This document shows, in pieces, positions 1 through 8,856 of a DNA stretch of 32,000 nucleotides. Source of the stretch: Candidatus Saccharimonadota bacterium (lineage in GTDB: Bacteria; Patescibacteriota; Patescibacteriia; 2-12-FULL-60-25). The translations under genes and the position numbers were made by a program. The notes under the pieces were generated by a model that ran no database searches, was not told where the DNA came from, and saw only the letters and a list, made by a program, of their open reading frames with translations. Position 1 is the stretch's first letter; each line of letters opens with the position of its first letter. The stretch lies in contig JALHOH010000002.1 of the NCBI GenBank assembly GCA_022843095.1, positions 466,881-498,880 of the forward strand, in the 5' to 3' direction.

Positions 1-755
1 GGTTCCCAAGGACGTGCGCCCGTCCACGCCAATTGAAACAACGCTTTCATGAGCTCCGCGATCTCGACACTTTCGATAACAAGCCCAATGCCAATCGACT
101 TCAGACTCATCGCGTACACACGCTTGTCCGTGATCGCCAAATTCCCCGAAAACGGGAACGACTGATACGGAACGACGCGCACATCCACGACCGATGTATC
201 AAAATACCGTGGCTGCAACCCCGGCTTAATTGCCATGAGTGCGCGCCCCCGCATGCGACTGGTCAACTGAATACGCTCGTCTTCACGCACGGCGGCGAGT
301 TCAAGCATCGGCTCATCCACGGCAAAAAACTCCCACAATTCCCCCGGCGTTCCGGCAATTTCCCGTCGAATTTCCCCGATTGCGGCTTCCCCTTCAAAAA
401 ACCGCACCTTCGGCTTGTCCGATGCGTTGTTGTAGATCGCAAGAAGTCTAGGCAACGCAAGTTCGAGTCGTGCTTTTTTTGCATCCACCTTGGACAGCTC
501 GCGCGTGATGATTGAAAGGAGACGTTGTGGCGTTTCCGCGGCGAATAACGTCTTTTTTCCCTTTTCAAACGTCGTCACAAGCCCATGTCTGGACAGTGCC
601 TCGATCATCACATAGCAGGTGGTACGATTCACGCCCGATTTTTTACCAATCTCCTGGATGCTCGTCGGCCCAAGCTCAAGCATCGCCATGTACACGTCGA
701 TTTCTTTCCCGGATAACCCAAGCTCCGTCAAACTGGTTTTGATGTCATCGATCAT
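1..755 (-). CDS. TrmB-family helix-turn-helix transcriptional regulator; 3' end lies outside the window; not in the supplied ORF track
   Basis: Hand translation from ATG at 755..753 stays open to position 1. I checked every tta/cta/tca on the plus strand and none falls in this frame. N-terminus MIDDIKTSLTELGLSGKEIDVYMAMLELGPTSIQEIGKKSGVNRTTCYVMIEALSRHGLVTTFEKGKKTLF matches the TrmB-type wHTH pattern. Confidence 0.7.
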   Translation of the reverse strand, partial: MIDDIKTSLTELGLSGKEIDVYMAMLELGPTSIQEIGKKSGVNRTTCYVMIEALSRHGLVTTFEKGKKTLFAAETPQRLLSIITRELSKVDAKKARLELALPRLLAIYNNASDKPKVRFFEGEAAIGEIRREIAGTPGELWEFFAVDEPMLELAAVREDERIQLTSRMRGRALMAIKPGLQPRYFDTSVVDVRVVPYQSFPFSGNLAITDKRVYAMSLKSIGIGLVIESVEIAELMKALFQLAWTGARPWE

Positions 756-761
756 AAAAAA

Positions 762-1886
762 TCACCATTGCGTCAAAAGCGGCAAGGTCTCCCGCGCTGT
801 CCGTTCCCAGGTATACTGCTTCGCCCACGCGATCCCCGCCTCGCGACGCTCCAGCGCCCCGGCCGGATCATCTACGGCACGCGTGATCTGCTGCACCAGC
901 GAATCGATGTCACGCGGATCAAACCAAAGAGCATGCGGTTCCCCCACGACCTCCGGGAGGGAGGCGATCCAGGAACAAATGACCTGCGTTCCACAGGCTA
1001 ATGCCTCCAAAGGCGGGATCCCAAACCCCTCATACCATGCCGGATGCACAAGCGCTGTCGCACGATTCAAGAGCGCCGCCTTGTCGTCTTCGTTCACATA
1101 CCCAAGCAGACGAATCTGCGATTTGGCCGGCGACGCCGCAATCGCGGCCTCGATCTCCTCGAACCCAACGCCGGTAAGTCCCGCAAGCGCCAAATGCAAC
1201 GGATCTCCTTCGCCACGTAACTGCTTAAACCGCGTAAATGCCTCCACGATCATCTTCACGTTTTTCTTGCGTTCCAACCGACCGACGAACAAGAGGTACG
1301 GCTCTGGCAACCGGTACCTGTCCACGATCGGCGTCGCATCCGCTTTTGCGATGGGGCGATAGCGCGCATGATCGATCCCGTTTGGCGTCACAAAAATCTT
1401 GTCCGGATGCGCTCCATAAAATTCGATGATCTCGCGCTTCGAAAACTCGGACACGGTCAAAATCCGTGATGCCCGCTTTACGATATCCTTGGTCGCCCAA
1501 TCGTGATACCAGCGCTGAATCGGCTTGTAGAGTTCGGGTAATCGCGCAAACCCGACGTCATGAATCGTCACGACAGAACGTGCTGGGATGGCGCGCGGCA
1601 AAACATGCGCCGGCACATACAACACATCCGGCGGACTGCGATACATTTCCCAAGACAGGCGCGTCTGCGTCCACAAATATTTCGGCGGCCAAGCAAGTCG
1701 CATCTCATGCCAATTCTTCGGCCCTTTTTCGAGCCCCATCATGAGCGGCTCGTTGGAATACAACAACCACGAATGCGCGTCTGATTCGGCAAACTGCTTG
1801 AGTTGCTGAATCACATGCCACGCATACCACTCAACCCCCGTCTTTTCACGGCGGTTGGCGCGGGAAGCCTCAATCCCGATAAGCAT
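762..1886 (-). CDS. Glycosyltransferase family 4 (GT-B, GT1/GT4-type)
   Basis: 374-aa ORF. C-terminal EGFGIPPLEALACGTQVICS motif (the EX7E region typical of GT4). N-terminal MLIGIEASRANRREKTGVEWY is typical of this family. Confidence 0.85.
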   Translation of the reverse strand: MLIGIEASRANRREKTGVEWYAWHVIQQLKQFAESDAHSWLLYSNEPLMMGLEKGPKNWHEMRLAWPPKYLWTQTRLSWEMYRSPPDVLYVPAHVLPRAIPARSVVTIHDVGFARLPELYKPIQRWYHDWATKDIVKRASRILTVSEFSKREIIEFYGAHPDKIFVTPNGIDHARYRPIAKADATPIVDRYRLPEPYLLFVGRLERKKNVKMIVEAFTRFKQLRGEGDPLHLALAGLTGVGFEEIEAAIAASPAKSQIRLLGYVNEDDKAALLNRATALVHPAWYEGFGIPPLEALACGTQVICSWIASLPEVVGEPHALWFDPRDIDSLVQQITRAVDDPAGALERREAGIAWAKQYTWERTARETLPLLTQW

Positions 1887-1930
1887 CGTCTGTCATGATA
1901 GCAGACGCACGGGAACCGCGGAACGACTGA

Positions 1931-2935
1931 TTAGCTCGAAAACACGCTCCGCTTGTACGCTTCCAGGTTTTCGAGTGCGATCCCCGTCCCCTTGGCAACG
2001 CACAGCTGCGCGTTATCCGCAGTAAATGCCGGAACGCCGGTCGCTTCTGCAAACAACCGGTCGAGGTTACGCAATTGCGATGACCCTCCGGACAACACCA
2101 TCCCTTTTTGCATGACATCTGCGGACAATTCCGGCGGAGTTTGACGGAGCACCTCCTTGATCGCTTCCACAATCCCCTGCAATTCATGCTGAATCGCATC
2201 GGTCACGTCGTCGCTTGTGACGGTGATCGTGCGCGGCAACCCAGAAATCATGTCGCGTCCTTTCACCTCCATCTCGAGCTTGTCCTCCAAATACAACGCC
2301 GATCCGATCCGAATCTTCACCTCTTCCGCCGTACGCTCACCGACGGCGAGGCTGTATTTTCGGCGGATGTGTTCTTGAATGGCGGCATCCAATTTGTTTC
2401 CTCCAATGCGCACGGACGCCGATGACACGATCCCACCAAGGGAGATCACCGCAATTTCTGAGGTCCCGCCACCGATATCGATGATCATGTGCCCGGCCGG
2501 CGAACCAATCGGAATATCCGCCCCAATCGCCGCCACCACCGGCTCTTTGATGATGTACGCGGTCTTGGCCCCGGCAGAAATCGTTGCGTCAATCACGGCG
2601 CGTCGTTCCGTCGAGGTGATCCCGCCTGGCACTGCAACCATGACCTCCGGACGAAACAGACGCACGCCGCCTAAGGCTTTGTTGATAAAATAGCGCAGCA
2701 TCGCCTCGGTGGTGCGATAATCCGCGATCACCCCATCCTTCAGCGGACGTTTGGCAATGATGGAATCCGGCGTGCGCCCCACCATCTCTTTTGCTGCATT
2801 CCCCACGGCCAGCACCTTTTTATCCGCGACCGAAATGGCGACGACAGACGGTTCGTTAATGATAATCCCCCGCTTCGGGATGTAGACAAGGACGGTCGTT
2901 GTCCCAAGATCAATACCGATTTTTTTCCCGAACAT
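1931..2935 (-). CDS. mreB: Rod shape-determining actin homologue MreB
   Basis: FGKKIGIDLGTTTVLVY, IIDIGGGTSEIAVISLGG and VLSGGSSQLRNLD are actin/MreB phosphate and adenosine motifs. Start set at the internal Met (MFGKKIGIDLGT) rather than the ORF-track start at 2989. Confidence 0.95.
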   Translation of the reverse strand: MFGKKIGIDLGTTTVLVYIPKRGIIINEPSVVAISVADKKVLAVGNAAKEMVGRTPDSIIAKRPLKDGVIADYRTTEAMLRYFINKALGGVRLFRPEVMVAVPGGITSTERRAVIDATISAGAKTAYIIKEPVVAAIGADIPIGSPAGHMIIDIGGGTSEIAVISLGGIVSSASVRIGGNKLDAAIQEHIRRKYSLAVGERTAEEVKIRIGSALYLEDKLEMEVKGRDMISGLPRTITVTSDDVTDAIQHELQGIVEAIKEVLRQTPPELSADVMQKGMVLSGGSSQLRNLDRLFAEATGVPAFTADNAQLCVAKGTGIALENLEAYKRSVFSS

Positions 2936-2989
2936 AAGAGAAATAAAAAATAGTCGTCGCACGTTAAGCGTCACGCAAAAACACGCCAC

Positions 2990-5137
2990 CTAAAATCGAA
3001 TGAGCATTGGGCGGTCCGTTTGAAGCTCCCCACTCCACTCGTACAGCGCGTCTCCAAAGTCCGAAGGGTCTTCACCTGGTTCGGCGAATGACACCTTCTT
3101 ATCGAACGCACCGCGCACCGTCAAACGCGCACGCGCCCCCGGCTGCTTTTGCGCATAGAACCGATACGTCCCCGCACGAATCTGATCACCGATCGCCATG
3201 GGCAAGCGATACTGAAAGGTCATTTGCTTGGTCGTGTTGGGCTCGATCGTCCAAAACGCGCCAAACACCGTCTTTCCAAATTCCCGGTACACCTCCACGC
3301 GTTGTTCTGAACCGGCAGACGTCACAAGCTCGCTCCCTTCTGGCACGTAGATGCGGACATAATCGCGATACCGTGAAAAACGCCAGTTATCCGCCGTATT
3401 CGAACGAACATGCGTGTTGCGATACACAAGCGTCACCTTCGCGATCGGCGCCCCCGGGCCGGTCGCATCGATCTCGTACCGAATCTCTTTATCCATCGCC
3501 CCATCGGTTTTTAGCGCACCCATGTTCGCGTCCACGACCCACACATAATCCCCGGATGGCGATTGCACACGCCCCGTCCAATGCTTCGCATCCAATTTTT
3601 TGAGAAACGCCGGATCGCGATCGTAGATCATGATGTCCTTTCGTGCGAGCGAACGCGTCACGACCTCCAATAACTTCGGCCAATCACGCGCAGGCAGAGA
3701 AAACAGCCGATCCGTCAGCTGATCTCCCAACCGCTTCACCAAATCCTTGCGTCGATCCCATGGAATCCCCAATTCATTGAACTCAACCTCTACCGCATAC
3801 TGAATCTCATCAAAAAAGTTTTCCGCGTGAAACGTTTTTCCGTCCGTCTCAAGCGGCCCAACTAAGAGCAACAATTCCCGAAATAACCCAGGATTAAACG
3901 CGATCACGCCATTAAACTCGGTTGGCACGGCCCCCGCCTGAAGATGCTGTCGGTTGTATAAATCAAGCAACTTTTCCGCTGTCGTCGGAAAATCCGGAGA
4001 CCAGTTCCCATCGCGGAAATACCACGCGTCCAACTGCATGTAGCGCTTGATCGGCTCAGGCAACGGCTCGCGCCATCGATTGATCACCAGTCGATCGATG
4101 TCATAGACGTCCTGAAAATCCTTTCGAACCAATTCCCCTTGATCGACAACGATCGTCCCGATATTCCCAATGAATCCACCGGTTGGACGCAATTCATTGG
4201 CGTTTTGTAGCAATGCCAAATAGGTTTTTCGCTCGGGATACCCAGTTAATGGCAATAACGTATCCGCGAGCGCCACCGTCCCTTCCATGGTCCGTTGGTA
4301 CTCCTCCAGCGCCTGCGTCACCGGGGCGAGAGCGCGTTGAATCGGACCCGCTAAATCCGACTGTGGGATGCGATTCCAGGATTCCAGCGCAATCCGCGCT
4401 TTTTCATCCGCCACCTTTAAGCGCGGGATTTCTCCAGCGATCCGCGCGACAATGGCTCGCTTTTCTTCGCGTGAAAGATCTTTAAAGGCCCGTGTGTCTG
4501 AGACGCCCGGGGCTAAATTCGAAAACCCGACGCCGACGCTCGCGAATGCGGATTGAATTTCACCGGCGGCCTGCAGAATCTCCTCGACACTGCCAAGTGC
4601 CGCAATCCCCGCCTCTCCCGCATCTTCCGCGGCGCGCAAATGCGTCCCGACATAAGGCACATTGCGCCAAAAGAGCGTCGCCTCTACTCCATCACGAATA
4701 CGTCCCGCTTCCGCTTTTGCCGTGGCAACGGATTCTTGGATCAACGCCACGTCCCGCGTCTCCGCAGCCGTACGCGCCGCCCGCAGCGCCTGCTCCGCCC
4801 GACGCGCTGCGAGCCCCGCCTGCACCCCGCCGTACACAAGCGGTCCAAGTGCGATCAAGCATCCCAAAAACACCGTGGTCCAAATCCATCCCCACGGTAA
4901 CCGCACACGTTCCGGCTCACCTTCCGGCAGATCTGCTGCGACGGTCTCCGGAAACGTCGGCGTTGGCACCAGAACCGGCGCATCCGGTTCAACAAACGAC
5001 GGCTCCGGCACCTGTTCTGGAAGGGACGCAGGGGCAGGCAACTCCGGAACGGCCGGGCACGTTAAAAAATTGGTGGAAAAGTCCGATGCATCCGTGATTC
5101 CAGAGGATGGCTCCTCCTGATCGTGCATGTCTTGCAT
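2990..5137 (-). CDS. DUF4012 domain-containing membrane protein
   Basis: LLQNANELRPTGGFIGNIGTIVVDQGEL is the DUF4012 signature. It has an N-terminal proline-rich region followed by a TM helix (WIWTTVFLGCLIALGPLVYGGV). Start chosen at MQDMHDQ (5137) because TATGAT lies 6 nt upstream and the upstream gene ends at 5161. Confidence 0.8.
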   Translation of the reverse strand: MQDMHDQEEPSSGITDASDFSTNFLTCPAVPELPAPASLPEQVPEPSFVEPDAPVLVPTPTFPETVAADLPEGEPERVRLPWGWIWTTVFLGCLIALGPLVYGGVQAGLAARRAEQALRAARTAAETRDVALIQESVATAKAEAGRIRDGVEATLFWRNVPYVGTHLRAAEDAGEAGIAALGSVEEILQAAGEIQSAFASVGVGFSNLAPGVSDTRAFKDLSREEKRAIVARIAGEIPRLKVADEKARIALESWNRIPQSDLAGPIQRALAPVTQALEEYQRTMEGTVALADTLLPLTGYPERKTYLALLQNANELRPTGGFIGNIGTIVVDQGELVRKDFQDVYDIDRLVINRWREPLPEPIKRYMQLDAWYFRDGNWSPDFPTTAEKLLDLYNRQHLQAGAVPTEFNGVIAFNPGLFRELLLLVGPLETDGKTFHAENFFDEIQYAVEVEFNELGIPWDRRKDLVKRLGDQLTDRLFSLPARDWPKLLEVVTRSLARKDIMIYDRDPAFLKKLDAKHWTGRVQSPSGDYVWVVDANMGALKTDGAMDKEIRYEIDATGPGAPIAKVTLVYRNTHVRSNTADNWRFSRYRDYVRIYVPEGSELVTSAGSEQRVEVYREFGKTVFGAFWTIEPNTTKQMTFQYRLPMAIGDQIRAGTYRFYAQKQPGARARLTVRGAFDKKVSFAEPGEDPSDFGDALYEWSGELQTDRPMLIRF

Positions 5138-5160
5138 GGCTCTATCATACGTCCTTTCCG

Positions 5161-6162
5161 CTAGACCATCCAACGACGCATAGCAGCCGGAGGGATCGTA
5201 CGTTCCGCGGCAAGCGCGCGACGCGCACGCCAAACTTGTGGAATGTATGCGCACATCTGAAGAATGCGCAGATAACTCACCGGATCAAAAAGGTATCCGA
5301 CCCATCGCTTCATGAAGACAAAGAGGATCCATGGCGCATGCGCAAGTCGATTTGCGAGCGCATCGTGTTTGATACTCAGGAGGCCGGTTCGCCGCTGAAT
5401 ACGTGCCGCACGTGACTCTTCGGACCAAAATCGCCGCCACCAGGCGCTCGGGTACACCGATTCATGTCCGTGGTGCCACGCGATCGCCTCTTCCACGATC
5501 CGAATACCACCTCCGCGAGCACGTAGACGCCATACAACATCGACGATGCTTTGTGCCTCCCCAAGCGGTTCATCCAGCAATGATCCCGGCGTTCCCAACG
5601 CAAACAACGCGGATGCACGAAAAACGGCGCAGGCTTCAGAGGGCGAAAAGACGCGTGCGGGATCTGCCACGGTATTTTTTTGCAGTTCGCGTCCGCGTGT
5701 CATCACATATCCAATCCGATCGATCTGCTCGTCGCGCTCCACCTCTCGAAACTCAATATCTTCGGCCAACGAAAAACGCGCCCGTCGAAGCACCGGAACG
5801 CCGACCATCATCGTTGGATCGGCATCAAACGCCGCACAGATTGCTTCCACAAACCGAGTATCAAACACCACGTCCGGATGCGCGATCACAATCAGATGCG
5901 ATGCAAGCGCCTCTTTCGAAAGACGCGCGGCCGAAAACGCAAGCGCAGCATTGTGGGCACGCACAAACGATGGCTGGTGAAATTGCCGAAGCGTCATGAC
6001 ATCATGCAGCACCCCTAACCGATCCGGAACATGGGCGTCCCCCACAACCAACGTCTGAACCTCACGGACGGTCTGCGCATCTAGGGATGACAAAAAATCA
6101 GGCAGATAAGCTCGTGCCTGCCACGCCGCTACGTGGACGATGACGCGGGTCGCCTCCTTCAT
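5161..6162 (-). CDS. Glycosyltransferase family 2-like (GT-A)
   Basis: 333-aa ORF with N-terminal VIVHVAAWQARAYLPDFLSSLDAQT (GT2 layout), FVRAHNAALAF and IVIAHPDVVF segments. Its ATG overlaps the upstream stop in an ATGA at 6159-6162. Confidence 0.65.
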   Translation of the reverse strand: MKEATRVIVHVAAWQARAYLPDFLSSLDAQTVREVQTLVVGDAHVPDRLGVLHDVMTLRQFHQPSFVRAHNAALAFSAARLSKEALASHLIVIAHPDVVFDTRFVEAICAAFDADPTMMVGVPVLRRARFSLAEDIEFREVERDEQIDRIGYVMTRGRELQKNTVADPARVFSPSEACAVFRASALFALGTPGSLLDEPLGEAQSIVDVVWRLRARGGGIRIVEEAIAWHHGHESVYPSAWWRRFWSEESRAARIQRRTGLLSIKHDALANRLAHAPWILFVFMKRWVGYLFDPVSYLRILQMCAYIPQVWRARRALAAERTIPPAAMRRWMV

Positions 6163-7658
6163 GGCTTGGATAGTGTAGGCGAATTGGAACGCTTTGGGGA
6201 GACGTTAAACCCAAGCGGTCGCCCAAACATCAACCGCGTCTGCGCATCGATCGCGGGAAGTGCGCCAAAAATGATGAACGTGACCGGCAAAAGCATCCAC
6301 TGCGCGATCGCATACAAATACGCATGATGGCGTTTCAGATGTGCCGGCGGCGGAGGCAGGAGCGTCATCGAGAGACCCGCAGACACGAACAACCCGATCA
6401 TCGCAAGACGCATCAACCACTGCAGCGTGAACGGGGTATTCTGAAACAATGCATAACTCCGATACGGCTCCGGTGCGACCCAAAACGGCAAATATCCCAA
6501 GACAAAAATGAGAAACGGCGCCGTTGCCCACGTGTACATCCCCTCCAATTGTTTAAACAACCAGATCAATTTTATCCGCCATGGCATCTTGCGATCCGCA
6601 AAAAACGCCTCGGCCATGTACGGAAAGTTTTCTGCCCCCCACGCCCAACGCCGCAACTGCTTGTACAATGCGACCAACGCCTTCCCATAGTGCCCCGTCA
6701 TCACCGTATCCATGGATACGGGCAAGTGAATCGGCGTAACCCGATACCGTCCGTGATACGCAATCAACCCCTGCAAAAAAATCCGTGAATCCTCTGAGAC
6801 AATATCCTTTTCCCAATACCCGACGTCCATCAACATGCGCAAACTCATGGAATGTGAACTAAACGTCATCATCCCCTCCGGACGTGCGAGCTCAGTCATG
6901 AGCCAAAACGTCGTTCCAAACATCGCGACGCGCACCGCCGCCGGCGATTCCCACAAATTGTTGTTATAGAGCGCAACCGGCTGATACGAGCTTCGCGTTG
7001 GCTCAGGAACGGTGGCGTACAAATACGTTAAACACGAAAAATACTGCGGATGAACGATCGTATCCACATCAAACGAAGACACGATCACATCATCCGGATT
7101 GATCCCGGTTGCAAGCAATTGTGGAACCACCTGACGGGCAGCATACTGCAAATTCGACCCTTTCCCCGGGATTTCATCCGGTAATCCCTTCGGGTGAACG
7201 GTTGCATAAAACCCCGCAAACTGCGGGCCGTACATGGGCTCAAGGGCGGCCAATGTTTTTCGAAAATTTTCGGCGTCACGCTCTTCCCCGGCGAGCACCA
7301 CATACAACCGATCCGGCGGCGTCGAACAACGCGTCAGATGTCGCAACGTTTCTTCAACGACTTCGCGCGATTCTTTGTAGGTCGGCAAGAAAATCAAATG
7401 ACGAAGCGCCGGATAGCGTTCGGTGGATTCCGCTTTCTTTTGCCAATCCGTTTTGAGTGCGACGCGATAGCGCCACCAAGACGTCAGCAAAAACGGAAGG
7501 AAATAACAGATCCGAAGCAACCAGTACAAATCAAACAGGATGATGAAATACACCATCCACATGGGCTGTACAAAAGACAGGACGACGGAGGCGATGAGCG
7601 TCGTCCAGGTCAATATTCCAGGGATGATCTCGTAGATCCGTTTATAGCGACGATACAT
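6159..7658 (-). CDS. Integral-membrane family 2 glycosyltransferase, processive synthase-like (QxxRW motif)
   Basis: 499-aa ORF with N- and C-terminal TM helices flanking a cytoplasmic GT-A core. YKQLRRWAWGAENF contains the Q(R/Q)xRW motif of cellulose/chitin/hyaluronan-synthase-like enzymes. Confidence 0.75.
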   Translation of the reverse strand: MYRRYKRIYEIIPGILTWTTLIASVVLSFVQPMWMVYFIILFDLYWLLRICYFLPFLLTSWWRYRVALKTDWQKKAESTERYPALRHLIFLPTYKESREVVEETLRHLTRCSTPPDRLYVVLAGEERDAENFRKTLAALEPMYGPQFAGFYATVHPKGLPDEIPGKGSNLQYAARQVVPQLLATGINPDDVIVSSFDVDTIVHPQYFSCLTYLYATVPEPTRSSYQPVALYNNNLWESPAAVRVAMFGTTFWLMTELARPEGMMTFSSHSMSLRMLMDVGYWEKDIVSEDSRIFLQGLIAYHGRYRVTPIHLPVSMDTVMTGHYGKALVALYKQLRRWAWGAENFPYMAEAFFADRKMPWRIKLIWLFKQLEGMYTWATAPFLIFVLGYLPFWVAPEPYRSYALFQNTPFTLQWLMRLAMIGLFVSAGLSMTLLPPPPAHLKRHHAYLYAIAQWMLLPVTFIIFGALPAIDAQTRLMFGRPLGFNVSPKRSNSPTLSKP

Positions 7659-7667
7659 ACGCGCATC

Positions 7668-8066
7668 CTACCCGACCGACGCAGACTTGGGGATGGTAAT
7701 ATTCGGCTCCGCATCATAGATCGGCGCGACATAGGACGATTCCGGGATCTCCCCCGCATCCAAACGCCCCACCAATGCACGCAAATCCGTGGTTTCGGTG
7801 ACGTGAATTCCGTACAAAGGAAGCCGCAACAGTCGTGCAAGGAGATTCGCATCCAGTACCCCCGTCCGAACGGATGAAAAACTCCCCGGACCCGCCACCA
7901 CCACGATTCCGTCTAACGCTGAGACTTCGACGGTTCCAAGCACGCGGGCAAGTTTTGGGAGCATCCCCGTTGCACGACCTGCATACCGCTGCAGGCGCGC
8001 GGACGTTGCTTTGATGACTCCCACCGCATACCCATCCCGCGCATGCGTATCCACAAAAAGATACAT
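7668..8066 (-). CDS. tsaB: Short TsaB (YeaZ)-like t6A biosynthesis protein
   Basis: MYLFVDTHARDG...LDGIVVVAGPGSFSSVRTGV resembles the TsaB GPGSFTGxRIG motif. Start taken at the internal Met (8066), just below the upstream stop at 8078. Confidence 0.55.
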   Translation of the reverse strand: MYLFVDTHARDGYAVGVIKATSARLQRYAGRATGMLPKLARVLGTVEVSALDGIVVVAGPGSFSSVRTGVLDANLLARLLRLPLYGIHVTETTDLRALVGRLDAGEIPESSYVAPIYDAEPNITIPKSASVG

Positions 8067-8077
8067 AGTCTTTGCGC

Positions 8078-8686
8078 CTATGCCTTTTCCCGAGAAGAAA
8101 GGGTGTCCACCACCACGTTCTTGGGCGCTTCCAAAATGGCGTACAAAAATTTGTCCGTCATATCCTTGCGATAGGCGTATTCTTCCATGGACATCACGCA
8201 AAAGTTCACCTCACACGCCATGTCGCGTTCGATCTCTTGAATCAACGAAGACAATTTTTCTCGATCCACGTCGCCGATAACAAACACATCGACCGGGGCG
8301 CGCGATTTGCCGGTGAACACACCAAGAAACGCCAAATACTTCACGTCCCCCATCCGCACGATTTCTTGGTCGAGCCGGCGTTCCAGCAATACCTGTGCTT
8401 TTGTAAACAAACTCGTAATCTCCCCGATCAATGGAAACGTCGGGTTGATTTTATAATATTTCTTTTTGAGTCCCGCCTGTTTTTTACCGGCCTCTTTTGG
8501 CTCCTCCTCGACGCATTCGATAACCAGTCCGAAGCTCACCAGGTTTGCCAATTCACGGCGCACGGCGTTGATCTGTGTATCAATGAGCCGCGTCATTTCT
8601 CGCACAAAATGCGCTTGATCCGGCTGGCGTAAAAACAATCCAAGCAGTTTTACGCGGGTCCGTGAACCAAACAGGTGCTCAAGCAT
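8078..8686 (-). CDS. Winged-helix DNA-binding protein with an uncharacterised C-terminal domain
   Basis: MLEHLFGSRTRVKLLGLFLRQPDQAHFVREMTRLIDTQINAVRRELANLVSFGLV looks like an ArsR/MarR-type wHTH. The C-terminal part was not recognised. Confidence 0.5.
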   Translation of the reverse strand: MLEHLFGSRTRVKLLGLFLRQPDQAHFVREMTRLIDTQINAVRRELANLVSFGLVIECVEEEPKEAGKKQAGLKKKYYKINPTFPLIGEITSLFTKAQVLLERRLDQEIVRMGDVKYLAFLGVFTGKSRAPVDVFVIGDVDREKLSSLIQEIERDMACEVNFCVMSMEEYAYRKDMTDKFLYAILEAPKNVVVDTLSSREKA

Positions 8687-8732
8687 ATTCTACGCGTATC
8701 GTGACCGATCCCGGCGCCCTTGACAAGAGCAT

Positions 8733-8762
8733 GTGACGATACTGCATCGATCCCGGTATACT
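8733..8762 (+). promoter_or_regulatory. Candidate sigma70-type promoter (GTGACG-N18-TATACT) for the 8857 gene
   Basis: gTGACg at 8733-8738 and TATACT at 8757-8762, about 95 nt upstream of the ATG at 8857. Confidence 0.3.
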
Positions 8763-8856
8763 GGTGGATGATGCCGATCGGAGGGCTCGACACGTAAGCC
8801 GCCCAACTCTTCGCGTGTGGGCGCCTTGCGTTTCGTGCGGCACGCGCTATTTTCGT

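Noticed and set aside
619-1362. A 247-aa plus-strand ORF spanning the TrmB/GT4 junction. The same reasoning applies to 15867..17162 +, a 431-aa ORF opposite capA and the GerMN gene
   Set aside because: These lie antisense to confidently identified genes and have Ser/Arg/Pro-rich composition with no motifs.
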